Below are positions 29,921 to 40,000 of a stretch of 64,000 bases of DNA, piece after piece (the first letter of the stretch is position 1; every line of letters begins with the position of its first letter). Made by a program: the position numbers and the translations under genes. The notes beneath the pieces are model-generated. The model saw only the letters and a list, made by a program, of their open reading frames with translations, was not told the origin of the DNA and did not search any database. The DNA is from Candidatus Latescibacterota bacterium (lineage in GTDB: Bacteria; Latescibacterota; UBA2968): contig OZ220741.1 of the NCBI GenBank assembly GCA_965116885.1, positions 2,880,001 to 2,944,000 on the forward strand, given 5' to 3'.

Positions 29921-30181
29921 TTATTGCAGAGGTGCTAATTTGCTCAATGATTCATGATTTCGCGCTCGTTGCCACAGGTTTCTCAAGTCGTTCTGATGTA
30001 ATGATGCCCACTCAATTGTCAAACCCAATGCTCGTGAAGGAAGATTCCCTGCGATTACAGCTAATGTCTCAATATTGATTAGGGCCTCATATTCTGCATA
30101 TTCCGCATGGAAATGTGGAGGTGGATGATCGTTCACATGCATTCTGATAATGATTCCATAAAATCGACATATCTCAGGCAT
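29921..30181 (-). CDS. DUF4160 protein (putative toxin of a DUF4160/DUF2442 module)
   Basis: MPEICRFYGIIIRM..DHPPPHFHA.Y...EWASLHQ. Confidence 0.88.
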   Translation of the reverse strand: MPEICRFYGIIIRMHVNDHPPPHFHAEYAEYEALINIETLAVIAGNLPSRALGLTIEWASLHQNDLRNLWQRARNHESLSKLAPLQ

Positions 30182-30458
30182 TTACATTTTCCATCTTTAA
30201 CACAGAAAAAATATCCTCTGGCGCCTTTTCCGTAATTTCCAAATAGAGCGAATCTGCACACAGATCTATTTCATCTGTCCAGATAATGACTCTACCATTT
30301 TCAACTTGAAAATTCCGAAACACGCTTGCATTTTTCCATGCCGAAAATATACCTTGCCCAACGAGATGTGACAGATCTACTTCGCCCTCAACGCCATCTG
30401 AATATTGAATCCAAATTTTATAATCAGCACACGCTTTTGCAGATATGATTTTAATCAT
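30174..30458 (-). CDS. DUF2442 protein (putative antitoxin)
   Basis: YSDGVEGEVDLS, IIW..EIDLCADSLY. Confidence 0.85.
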   Translation of the reverse strand: MIKIISAKACADYKIWIQYSDGVEGEVDLSHLVGQGIFSAWKNASVFRNFQVENGRVIIWTDEIDLCADSLYLEITEKAPEDIFSVLKMENVNA

Positions 30459-30497
30459 CAATAAATCTCCTATACCAGACTGTGATCCGTTTCAAAA

Positions 30498-30545
30498 TGA
30501 TTGATCAATCAAAAACTACGGCAATTCAGCCGATTGATCAAGTCG
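30498..30545. promoter_or_regulatory. Palindromic operator pair overlapping a candidate minus-strand promoter
   Basis: Perfect 14-bp palindrome TGATTGATCAATCA (30498-30511) and a near-copy CGATTGATCAAGTCG (30531-30545); TTGATC-N17-TAGTTT on the minus strand. Confidence 0.55.
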
Positions 30546-30593
30546 AATAGAAGTCCTATCAACACGGGACCACTCAAGAGAAAGGAGTTCGCA

Positions 30594-31562
30594 ATGCGCG
30601 ATATTGTGGTCTTTAGCGGGAACGCACATCCTCAATTGGCAGAGCATATATGCCAGTATCTGAGCGTGTCCCTTAGTCAGAGCACGATCAACCGCTTCAG
30701 TAACGATTGCATTCAGGTGCAGTTGAACGCCAATTGTCGGGAGGCCGATGTTTTCCTGATTCAGCCTCTTGTGCCACCTGTCCAGGACCATCTCATGGAA
30801 CTCCTGCAGATGCTGGACGCGGCACGCGGGGCATCGGCTGCCCGTACGACGGCCGTTATTCCGTATTACAGTTACGCGCGTTCAGATAAAAAGGATGCGC
30901 CTCGCATTTCTATTGCAGGGAGACTGGTGGCAGATTTGATTGATACGGCAGGTGCTAATCGGGTGCTCACGATGACTCTCCACGCGCCGCAGGTACATGG
31001 TTTTTTTCGCATTCCCGTCGATCATCTCAATGCCCTCCATGTGTTGGCGAGATATTTTCGGGGCAAAGATCTGGCGGATACGGTCGTTGTTTCGCCCGAT
31101 CTTGGAGGCGCAAAGGAGGCAACGCATTTTGCCCGTCTGCTCAAGTTGCCCGTAGCTGCCGGAATCAAACGCCGCATCAGTGATGAAAAAGTCGTGATTG
31201 ATTCAATTGTCGGCGATGTAGAGGGGAAGAAGGTGATTGTTCTGGACGAGGAGATAGCCACGGGGGGAACACTTGTGGAGCTTGTTGATCGCCTTCGAGA
31301 GCGAGGTGTTGATCACATCACGGTATCCTGCACACATGGACTTTTTACGGGACAGGCCCTGCCGCGTTTGGGTTCAATTGCAGAGGTGAAGGAATTGGTG
31401 ACGACAGATACAGTTCCACTTTCTTCGCAGAGCCAATGTCCTCCCAATCTGACTACTCTATCCGTGGCACCTCTCCTGGGTGAAGCGATCCGCAGGATAC
31501 ACCACGGAGAGTCGGTCAGCAGTCTGTTCACGGCTCCAGATTGGATCGTGGATACGGGATAG
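30594..31562 (+). CDS. prs: Ribose-phosphate pyrophosphokinase
   Basis: PYYSYARSDKK, LHAPQVHGFF, VVSPDLG, KRR, VLDEEIATGGT; AAGGAG RBS. Confidence 0.92.
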   Translation: MRDIVVFSGNAHPQLAEHICQYLSVSLSQSTINRFSNDCIQVQLNANCREADVFLIQPLVPPVQDHLMELLQMLDAARGASAARTTAVIPYYSYARSDKKDAPRISIAGRLVADLIDTAGANRVLTMTLHAPQVHGFFRIPVDHLNALHVLARYFRGKDLADTVVVSPDLGGAKEATHFARLLKLPVAAGIKRRISDEKVVIDSIVGDVEGKKVIVLDEEIATGGTLVELVDRLRERGVDHITVSCTHGLFTGQALPRLGSIAEVKELVTTDTVPLSSQSQCPPNLTTLSVAPLLGEAIRRIHHGESVSSLFTAPDWIVDTG

Positions 31563-31582
31563 ATAGGACGGGGATTTAGCAA

Positions 31583-31882
31583 TTAAGCCACTGGAGCGGT
31601 ATCAGTTAATGGCTCAATTCGAAGATCGCCGATCTTTTGCTGCGCGTGCCAGAGGTCGTATTGCAGTTGCAAATTCATCCAGAAAACGGGTGTTGTCCGA
31701 AATGCTTTGCTCAACCGAATTGCCATTTCTGGACTCACTCCGGCTTTGCCATTGACGAGCTCAGAAACGGTCTTTCGCGCCACGCCGAGTGTCTGCGCTA
31801 CTTCTGTCACGGTCAGGTTTAGCGGTACTAAACACAGTTCTTTTAAAATTTCACCTGGATGAGCCGGATTGTACATTTCCAT
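31583..31882 (-). CDS. higA: HigA-family addiction module antitoxin (HTH)
   Basis: [35 protein letters not shown]. Confidence 0.92.
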   Translation of the reverse strand: MEMYNPAHPGEILKELCLVPLNLTVTEVAQTLGVARKTVSELVNGKAGVSPEMAIRLSKAFRTTPVFWMNLQLQYDLWHAQQKIGDLRIEPLTDTAPVA

Positions 31883-31890
31883 AAAAATAT

Positions 31891-31917
31891 TCCTTTATGC
31901 CGGAAATTTTCGATCAT
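31891..31917 (-). pseudogene. higB: Nine-codon remnant of a HigB toxin
   Basis: ATG ATC GAA AAT TTC CGG CAT AAA GGA = MIENFRHKG, matching the MIxxFRHKG N-terminus of HigB, 8 bp before higA. Confidence 0.7.
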
Positions 31918-31921
31918 CAGA

Positions 31922-31950
31922 AATGTAACCTGTAACGTGTCGGGTGTCAA
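31922..31950 (-). promoter_or_regulatory. Sigma70 promoter TTGACA-N17-TACATT with GTTACA direct repeats
   Basis: The -10 lies 4 nt before the remnant higB ATG. Confidence 0.65.
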
Positions 31951-32109
31951 GTCATGTATGCGCGATGAATGATTTACAATGCAATTTTCGTGCCACTTGC
32001 AAAAAGCCTAAAATTTCGGCATTTTTAACTCCTGTGCAAAGATAGACTGAACATGTCGTTCAACTTCCCACTCTACATTTTGTAAATCTTGTTCTCGGAT
32101 AGATTAATC

Positions 32110-32793
32110 ATGAAAAAGAAAGCTGTTGTCTTGCTCAGTGGTGGTTTGGATTCTACTACAACTTTGGCTATTGCTACAAATCAGGGTTATGCCTGTTACG
32201 CGATCACATTTCGCTACGGGCAACGGCACGAAATTGAATTCGAGTGTGCGAAAAAAATTGCCGCTCATTTTGGTGTGCGAGATCACGTTATTGCCACTAT
32301 TGATTCGCGTGCTTTTGGTGGTTCGGCATTAACCGATGATATCGATGTGCCCAAAAATCGAGACGAGAGCGAAATGTCCGATGGTATCCCAGTCACTTAT
32401 GTCCCTGCTCGCAATACGATTTTTCTTTCTTACGCGCTTGCAATGGCCGAATCTCTCGATAGCCGCGATATTTTTATTGGGGTCAATGCAATTGATTACA
32501 GCGGTTATCCCGATTGCCGTCCCGAATATATCGCCGCTTTTCAGACCATGGCGAATTTTGCCACCAAAGCCGGTGTTGAAGGGGATGCGTTCACCATTCA
32601 CACGCCGCTTATTGATCTGACCAAGGTCGAGATTATCAAATGCGGGTTAGAACTCGGCGTTGATTACGCTATGACCTGTACATGTTACGATCCCGATACA
32701 GAAGGTCGCGCGTGTGGGCAGTGCGACGCCTGCTTGTTGCGCTTGCAGGGGTTTGCACAGAATGGTATGAAAGATCCGGTGGCCTATCGGTAA
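32110..32793 (+). CDS. queC: 7-cyano-7-deazaguanine synthase
   Basis: LSGGLDS, YGQRH, TYVPARN, YPDCR, C-Y...CGQCDAC zinc motif. Confidence 0.95.
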   Translation: MKKKAVVLLSGGLDSTTTLAIATNQGYACYAITFRYGQRHEIEFECAKKIAAHFGVRDHVIATIDSRAFGGSALTDDIDVPKNRDESEMSDGIPVTYVPARNTIFLSYALAMAESLDSRDIFIGVNAIDYSGYPDCRPEYIAAFQTMANFATKAGVEGDAFTIHTPLIDLTKVEIIKCGLELGVDYAMTCTCYDPDTEGRACGQCDACLLRLQGFAQNGMKDPVAYR

Positions 32794-32892
32794 GAGGTGG
32801 TTTTTCATTGCCGCAATGTACGCTTGCTAAATTTATGCGGATTTACGATCTTACAAAGTAGTTATCTCATTCACATTCAAAGAATTGTGTTT

Positions 32893-34230
32893 ATGCCCGC
32901 TCTCTCACTCGACCAACTCATCGCCGATTATTGCGATCAAAACGCACACTCTCAACGCCTTTTCAAACGCGCACAAGAAGTTTTGCCCGGTGGTAATACG
33001 CGCACCGGTGTTTTTGTCAATCCCTTTCCGATTTACGCGGACCAGGGTGAGGGTGTTTATATCGATGATGTCGATGGCAACCGCCGTCTCGACTTTGTCA
33101 ATAACGCCACCGCCCTCATCCTCGGTCACGCCCATCCCGCTGTGAGCGATGCCCTGCGCGAACGTATCAATAGTGGCACGGCCTTTTTTGGTCCTACCCA
33201 ACTCGAAATCGAGTGGGCAGAACTCCTGCGCGAACGCGTCCCTTCCCTCGAACATCTGCGCTTTTGCAGTTCGGGTACCGAGTCTGTGGGCAATGCCTTG
33301 CGCGTTGCTCGCGCTTTTACTGGGCGTCAAAAAATTGCCAAATTTGAAGGTGCGTATCACGGTATTGACGATCCGGCTCTCATAAGCTATGTGCCACCTG
33401 TTACTCCCGATCTCGGTCCCGAAGACGCGCCTCATTCGGTGCTTTCTTCTGCCGGTCTTGCACCCGCGACGGCTGAAAATGTCGTTGTTTTGCCCTTTAA
33501 TAACGCACGCGCTTGTGAACATCTCATTCGCCAACACGCCGAAGAACTCGCGTGCGTCATTATTGATCCGCTTTCTACGGCTGCTGGTATGGCCCTGCCG
33601 GATCCCGAGTTTCTCACGCTTTTGCGCGATGTGACGCGGGAACTCGATATTCTTCTCATTTTCGACGAAATTGTCAGTTTTCGCATGACGTCAGGCGGCA
33701 CACAGGCGGCGTACAATATCACGCCCGATTTGACCTGTCTGGCGAAGGTCATTGCTGGCGGTACCCCGGCTGGTGCTTTTGGTGGGCGCAAAGATGTAAT
33801 GGCGCTGTACGATCCCACTTCTGGATCACCTGCTATCCCACAATCTGGTACGTATAATGGCAATCCGCTCGTGGCTATCGCTGGTCTTATGACTCTTAAA
33901 ACCATGACCTCCGATGCATATCGCCACATTGATTCCCTCACAGAGTACATTGCCGCTGGTCTCAAAGACGCTTTTAAGAGTGCCAGTATTCCTGCGACTA
34001 TTGTCACTGCTGGTTCGCTTTTTCGCATCTACTTTCTCGACTATACCCCTGCCAACTATCGCCAGGCTGCACGAGACAGCAGCGAAAAACACCGCTGGCT
34101 CTATTTCTATCTTTTAAACCACGGTATTGTCATCCGCCAGGGCGGCTGCGTTTCTCTTCCTATGACGAGCAAACACGCCGATGATTTGATCAACTGCGTG
34201 CGTGAGGGATTGCGCGTTTGGCCCTATTAA
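32893..34230 (+). CDS. Class III aminotransferase, glutamate-1-semialdehyde aminomutase-like
   Basis: LPGGNTR, SGTE, FEGAYHG, LIFDEI, LAKVIAGG, SGTYNGNP. Confidence 0.85.
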   Translation: MPALSLDQLIADYCDQNAHSQRLFKRAQEVLPGGNTRTGVFVNPFPIYADQGEGVYIDDVDGNRRLDFVNNATALILGHAHPAVSDALRERINSGTAFFGPTQLEIEWAELLRERVPSLEHLRFCSSGTESVGNALRVARAFTGRQKIAKFEGAYHGIDDPALISYVPPVTPDLGPEDAPHSVLSSAGLAPATAENVVVLPFNNARACEHLIRQHAEELACVIIDPLSTAAGMALPDPEFLTLLRDVTRELDILLIFDEIVSFRMTSGGTQAAYNITPDLTCLAKVIAGGTPAGAFGGRKDVMALYDPTSGSPAIPQSGTYNGNPLVAIAGLMTLKTMTSDAYRHIDSLTEYIAAGLKDAFKSASIPATIVTAGSLFRIYFLDYTPANYRQAARDSSEKHRWLYFYLLNHGIVIRQGGCVSLPMTSKHADDLINCVREGLRVWPY

Positions 34231-34241
34231 TCCCAAAATAA

Positions 34242-34964
34242 ATGTCTGTATCTATACCAGATGGCCTCGTTATCCTCACCTTTGATGACGGCGTCAAATC
34301 ACAAAGGACCTTCGCTGTACCCATCTTGCGCGAATGCGGGTTCAATGCCACTTTCTATATCACAGAGGGCTTGAACTTTCTCACGGATAAGACGCGCTAT
34401 CTCACCTGGGAAGAAGTGCGCAAATTACACGATCTGGGCTTTGAAATTGGGAATCATACGCGGCAACACAAAAGCGTTGCCAACCAATCGCGGGAGGAAC
34501 TTTTATCCGATATCCGGTACATCGATCGGCAATGCAACCGCTACGGTATCCCGATTCCCACTACATTTTGTTACCCCGGCTACACCAATACCCCCGAAGC
34601 TGTTGATGTACTCAAAGAACGCGGTTTTACTTATGCCCGACGTGGGACTGTACCCGAATATCCTTATGATAGGGAAGGTGGCCGTGGCCCGGCTTATAAT
34701 CCCGAGCAACACGATCCGCTTCTCGTTCCGACTACGGGCGCGTCGGGGCCGCACTGGAACTTTGATGATTTCTTGTGGTCACTCGACCAGGCTCAAAACG
34801 GTTGTGCCACAGTCCTCACTTTTCACGGGGTACCCGATCTCGATCATCCCTGGGTGCATACCGAACCCGCATTTTTTGAACGCTGTATGCAGCATCTCAC
34901 AGATAATGGACACAGAGTAATCGCTCTGCGCGATCTCACAAATTATATCATCCCGGAGTCCTGA
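34242..34964 (+). CDS. Polysaccharide deacetylase (NodB-like) family protein
   Basis: LTFDDG, EIGNHT..H, FCYPG, LTFHG. Confidence 0.88.
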   Translation: MSVSIPDGLVILTFDDGVKSQRTFAVPILRECGFNATFYITEGLNFLTDKTRYLTWEEVRKLHDLGFEIGNHTRQHKSVANQSREELLSDIRYIDRQCNRYGIPIPTTFCYPGYTNTPEAVDVLKERGFTYARRGTVPEYPYDREGGRGPAYNPEQHDPLLVPTTGASGPHWNFDDFLWSLDQAQNGCATVLTFHGVPDLDHPWVHTEPAFFERCMQHLTDNGHRVIALRDLTNYIIPES

Positions 34965-34965
34965 T

Positions 34966-35766
34966 ATGGTCGATCCTCTTCCTCTTATTGCCTACGATAC
35001 GCTTGCAGAGCAAACCGAAGCTCTGTACCGCGATGGCTATGCGTATCTGCCAGGTGTATTGACGTCCGATCAAGTGGCAAAACTTCGCGATTATATGGAC
35101 GCTCTTACACCGATTTCGGAAAGTTTTGACAAAGATGGGCGTCCTGAAGACATTGGTTTTATCAATAAACACATCAACAATGCGTTCAACCGGCACGCTC
35201 ATTTTTTACAATTTCTCGACCGTCCCGGTGTGATTGAGCTCGCTGAAGCCATACACGGCGACGATTGCCACTGTATCGGCATGACCTCATGGATGACTGG
35301 TCCTGGCCGCCCCGATCAGAATCTCCATACTGACTGGCTTCCCCTGAGTCTGCCCGCAGATATACTTGAGGATTCTCGGGTGCGTATCCCCATTTTTATC
35401 ACTACGGCGCATTTCTATCTCGACGATATCACCGAAGAACTTGGTCCGACTAATTTTATTCCCGGTAGCCACCTTTCGGGCAGAAGTCCTAATGGCGATA
35501 CATCCTGGAAGGGTCAGACTGAAAAATCTATTATGTGCAATGCTGGCGATGTGGTCATTTTTCGCAGTGAGGTCTGGCATCGCGGTACGGCCAATACCAG
35601 CGATAAAACGCGCTATTTGCTTCAAGTCCACTATGCGAAACGCATGATTACGCAAAAATATCCCCCATATCTCAACCGGTTTCAGTTTGACCCCGAAATT
35701 ATCGAGCAGGCGACGCCGCGCCAGCGCCGCCTGATGGGCGATCACAAAAGCAGCAATTACGATTGA
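34966..35766 (+). CDS. Phytanoyl-CoA dioxygenase (PhyH) family protein
   Basis: LHTD, GPT.FIPGSH, AGDV, VWHRG. Confidence 0.88.
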   Translation: MVDPLPLIAYDTLAEQTEALYRDGYAYLPGVLTSDQVAKLRDYMDALTPISESFDKDGRPEDIGFINKHINNAFNRHAHFLQFLDRPGVIELAEAIHGDDCHCIGMTSWMTGPGRPDQNLHTDWLPLSLPADILEDSRVRIPIFITTAHFYLDDITEELGPTNFIPGSHLSGRSPNGDTSWKGQTEKSIMCNAGDVVIFRSEVWHRGTANTSDKTRYLLQVHYAKRMITQKYPPYLNRFQFDPEIIEQATPRQRRLMGDHKSSNYD

Positions 35767-35776
35767 GGAGTACACT

Positions 35777-36211
35777 GTGACTTTCTTGATAGGATATTAT
35801 CTTTGGCTAAAAGTTATACATCTCATCGCCATGATTGGTTGGATGGTCGGTATTTTGTATTTGCCGCGGCTGTTTGCCTATCACGCCGATGCCTCTGCTG
35901 ATACGGATGAGACATTTCAACAGATGGAATACAATCTTATGCGGCTTCTGCTTATGCCCTGTATGATTGTCGTTTTTATTACGGGCATTCTCTTGATTTT
36001 TGCAACAGGGAGCCTGGCGAGCGGGTGGCTTCACACCAAATTTTTACTTGTTCTCATACTCGCGGGATTGCACGGTATGATGTCGCGCCAGCGCAAGAAT
36101 TTTCAACGCGGCGAAAATACCAGAAGCGCGGCGTACTTTCGCACATTTAGCCACGTTACAACGCTTATTGTGATTCTCGTTGTCGCGCTGGCTGTTCTGA
36201 AACCTTTTTAG
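35777..36211 (+). CDS. hemJ: Protoporphyrinogen IX oxidase HemJ (CopD/UPF0093 family)
   Basis: WLKVIHLIAMIGW..GILYLPRLFAYH, WLHTK, C-terminal KPF; GTG start with GAGGAG RBS. Confidence 0.85.
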   Translation: MTFLIGYYLWLKVIHLIAMIGWMVGILYLPRLFAYHADASADTDETFQQMEYNLMRLLLMPCMIVVFITGILLIFATGSLASGWLHTKFLLVLILAGLHGMMSRQRKNFQRGENTRSAAYFRTFSHVTTLIVILVVALAVLKPF

Positions 36212-36223
36212 TGGGAGCAAAGC

Positions 36224-36973
36224 ATGGCAAACGACGAATTTGTGATTCCGCGACGATTGATCAATTCGGACCGGGAGGAAACACCGAGGTCCTTGCTGGA
36301 TCTGATTGAACAGGGGCCATTTGATTTGGATACGGCGGCGTGGTGGATGTCGCATGTGACGAATGGGGCATCGTGGATCGTGGGGTCGGGTCCGGGTGGG
36401 ATCGGGAAATCGACGACGATGCGTTCCTTTCTGAGCGTTGTACCCGGGGACCGGGCATTTGCGATCGCGATGCCAGGGGAGATTCCACCGCTCGCGGATC
36501 AGAAACGCTGCACGATTGCGCTCGAGTTGAGCGATCATCGGCCGCCTGGCTACCTTTGGGACCAGGACCTGCGTGACTTTTTCGACCTGTCGAAGGCGGG
36601 ACATCAGCTTGTGGGGAACGTCCATGCGGATACGGTGGAAGAGACGCGTGAACAGATCGTCGGGGCGTGCAGCGTTCCCGAGGAGCAGTTTCATCACATC
36701 AATATTATCGCATTTGTCTGGCTGGAAGGTCATGAACGTGGACAAAGCAGGCGGATCAGGGATCAGACGTCGCGGCGGTTTCTGACAAGCGTGCATTACA
36801 CCGATGGTTCAGGTGCTCACGAGCAAGTCTATTCGGAAGGATCAGGACTCTCGCCCAACGCACCAAGAGATGTGGCGCACGAAGCAAAGTGCCGAACTTT
36901 TTTGGAGGAGGCACTGGGAGATGCGTCGCGGGATATAGATGAATTGAGGGAGCGATATCTGGCCTGGCATTAG
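36224..36973 (+). CDS. P-loop NTPase, stand-alone secretion-ATPase-like domain
   Basis: GPGGIGKST Walker A; GNVHAD His-box-like motif; lacks the usual N-terminal domain. Confidence 0.6.
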   Translation: MANDEFVIPRRLINSDREETPRSLLDLIEQGPFDLDTAAWWMSHVTNGASWIVGSGPGGIGKSTTMRSFLSVVPGDRAFAIAMPGEIPPLADQKRCTIALELSDHRPPGYLWDQDLRDFFDLSKAGHQLVGNVHADTVEETREQIVGACSVPEEQFHHINIIAFVWLEGHERGQSRRIRDQTSRRFLTSVHYTDGSGAHEQVYSEGSGLSPNAPRDVAHEAKCRTFLEEALGDASRDIDELRERYLAWH

Positions 36974-37050
36974 GAACGGGTAGCTCATACCAAAATTCTA
37001 CCTCAGCAATCTTTCATAGTAAGAAACGCAACGCCCTCTGAGGACCGTTG

Positions 37051-40000
37051 ATGGAACTTCCCAAAGATCTACGCTTCATCTCGCTGAAGTACGCTGGACT
37101 ATGCCGAGCATGCGCGACAAGTCTCAAAGTCGGTGAGAGAGCACACTGGTCACCATCGTCGAAAGAGGTCTGGTGTATTGACTGCGCGAGTGAGGAATCC
37201 TCGGCCCAAGTCGCATCAGATAGTGTAGTGGGTAGTTCTCGGAACGCGATAAAGAATGCAAGTTCTAATAGCGCGTTAAATCTGGCTGCTAACAGATCGC
37301 ATACTCCGTGGCAAAAACTGTGCACATATGCGCAACGGTGTATCGAAGCGGAAGCTGCGAAATCACTGGTCCCGTACGTCGAAGAGAATTCTTTGTGGTT
37401 CTTACATTCTGGACAAGAGAAACTGGTAGTCGGACAGGACGACTCGACACCGGCGTCCGGAAAACTTGCCAATCGTCTGTCTCGTACGCGATCACAAGAC
37501 GGGCGGTCAATCATATATGGCTGGCCAACGGTCGTCGTGATTGACCGCGACCATAAGCCTAAGGTCGCCCCTCTTTTTGTCGTCCATATCGAACCGGAAC
37601 GAAATCGCGGCGACAAGTGGGAACTCCATGCCACGGGGGAGCCGGAGTTCAACTTAGCCATCACGGCAAGCGGTATCTTCGACCCTTCAATCACCGAAGA
37701 CGTCAGCGACCTGTTAAGTGACAACTTGCCATTCGGAGATGCCGACGCTTTTGCCGCCCTCGCCGAACGAGTGGCTGGCCTGCTTGGACTCAAGATCCTA
37801 TCGCGACTCAATCCGAGAATGCTCGAAGCGCACGTAAGTCGCAACCAGGGTGTCTACAACGCCGGGGTCACGGTCATGGCCGAGGCGTCTGGATACACCG
37901 TCGCCCTTCGTGAGGAACTGCGACAACTACAGACCCGAAAAGACTGGGCGACTACTGCTGCGGCCTCTCTTATCCCCGATAGTTTCGCACAGAAGGAAAA
38001 CAATCGTCCTCCATCCGAGCCTCTTGCGGCACCGCTTGTATGCAACCAATCACAGGAGGAGACACTTGAGCGTCTCCGCAGAGAACCTCTGACGATTGTG
38101 ACCGGTCCACCAGGGACAGGAAAAACGCAACTCGTAGTGAATGCGGTTACAAACGCGTGGCTGGACGGCGACAAAGTCCTGGTGACCTCGACCAACAATG
38201 CTGCGGTTGATGTGGCCGTTGACCGTGCAGAGGAAGACGTTTGTAATGGCTTGTTGGTCCGCACCGGCAATCGCGATGTGCGCGAGCAGGTTCCGGATCG
38301 CATTACCGCTGCGTTGGCTCAGGCGGCAACGCAGCGCGGCAACCAAGCCGCAGCGCGCGCCCAATTGAAGCGAGTCACCACTGAGCGCACCCAGCTAATG
38401 GAGAAACTGGCGCGGCTGGACGAACTGGACGTGGAACTGTTGCAACTTGCAGAAAAACAAGAGGAACTCAGGCAAGCCTTGAAGGAGGCGGCGCAAACAC
38501 TCTGGACTAACGCGAGTCCTCCTGAACTGTCCATCAGTTCCCACGAAATAGAGCAACGAGCCAGCCAGTTGTTGAGAATGGAGAAAGAGAAATTGGCGCA
38601 GCTGGACGAACTGGACGTGGAACTGTTGCAACTTGCAGAAAAACAAGAGGAACTCAGGCAAGCCTTGAAGGAGGCGGCGCAAACACTCTGGACTAACGCG
38701 AGTCCTCCTGAACTGTCCATCAGTTCCCACGAAATAGAGCAACGAGCCAGCCAGTTGTTGAGGGTGTGGTTGTTCCGTCGTTTCCGTACGCGTCGTTTCC
38801 GCGTGCGACTCGGTTGCTGTGAAACCGCTCCATTGGAGCAACTCGTCGCTTGGGCTCGGATTGATCAGCGCCTAGCAGAGCTGACCGCCCAGTTGGAAAT
38901 TGGGCGATCAGAACGGCAACAACTGAAGGCCGCTGTGGGCGATCCGGCGACCCGTGTGCGAGAAGCGGACGAGAAATGGGCAGAAGCCAGCCTCTATGCG
39001 ATCCGTGCGGACACCGCGACGCGAATCTGCTCTGGTGCTGACCGCCTGGCAGCTTTCGGCACAATCTCTGCCAACATAGACCATTTCAAACGGGCCATTG
39101 GCAATTCGTTTCACTACTTACGAGGCTGGGCATGCACAGCACTGTCAGCGCAACATAACTTCCCTTTGGAATCAGGACTATTTGACCTTGTGATCGTTGA
39201 TGAAGCCAGCCAGTGCAGCCTGGCAGCCGTACTGCCCTTGGCATATCGCGCCAGACGTTTGGCTGTGGTGGGAGATCCATACCAACTGAATCCGATCATT
39301 TCCCTCAGCGATGGGCTCTTACAAGAAATCGTCACACAAACGGGATTCGACAACGACGATCTGCGCAAGCGCGGCATTCATCACAAGGACGGCTCGGCCT
39401 ATTCCGCGTTTGAGTTTGCAGCAAGACCTCAAACGCCAGTTCTTCTCAATGAGCACTACCGCTGCCACCCACACATCGCTCGTTGGTTCAACAAGACTTT
39501 CTACAGGGGCGAACTCACCATACTGACGGACATCTCCGATACGGTTCAGCGTGACCGTGCCATCTCCTGGTGCGATGTTGAGGGTACTGTAGAACGGCCC
39601 GCTTCTGGAAGTTGGCTAAACCGATTCGAGGCGGAACAAACGGTAAAACAAATTCAGGACGTAATCGAGTCTGGTTACAAGACCGTCGGCGTGGTAACTC
39701 CATTCACCGCGCAGGCGCAACTCATCGATTGGCTCGCAAAAAGACAATTCGGCGAGGATTTTCTGTCCGACATCGGTTTTGTGAGCGGAACCGCACACCG
39801 CTTACAAGGAGATGAGCGTGAGGCAATCGTTCTTTCTTCCGTGCTTTCTCCCGGTATGTCCAAGAGCGGCATCCGTTGGGTGGAGAAAGAGAGAAACCTC
39901 CTGAACGTGGCTGTGAGCCGCGCCCGTCGAGCGCTGATCGTTCTCGGCCATCCGCTCATAGGAGATTTGGGGAGTCCAACTCTGGCCTCTCTGCGTGTCT

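Noticed and set aside
31550..31578. GGATAC/GGATAG/GGACGGGAT repeats at the end of prs
   Set aside because: Too short and irregular to distinguish from chance
31951..32109. Possible preQ1 riboswitch upstream of queC
   Set aside because: No AGAGGTTCTAG-like stem with an A-rich tail found
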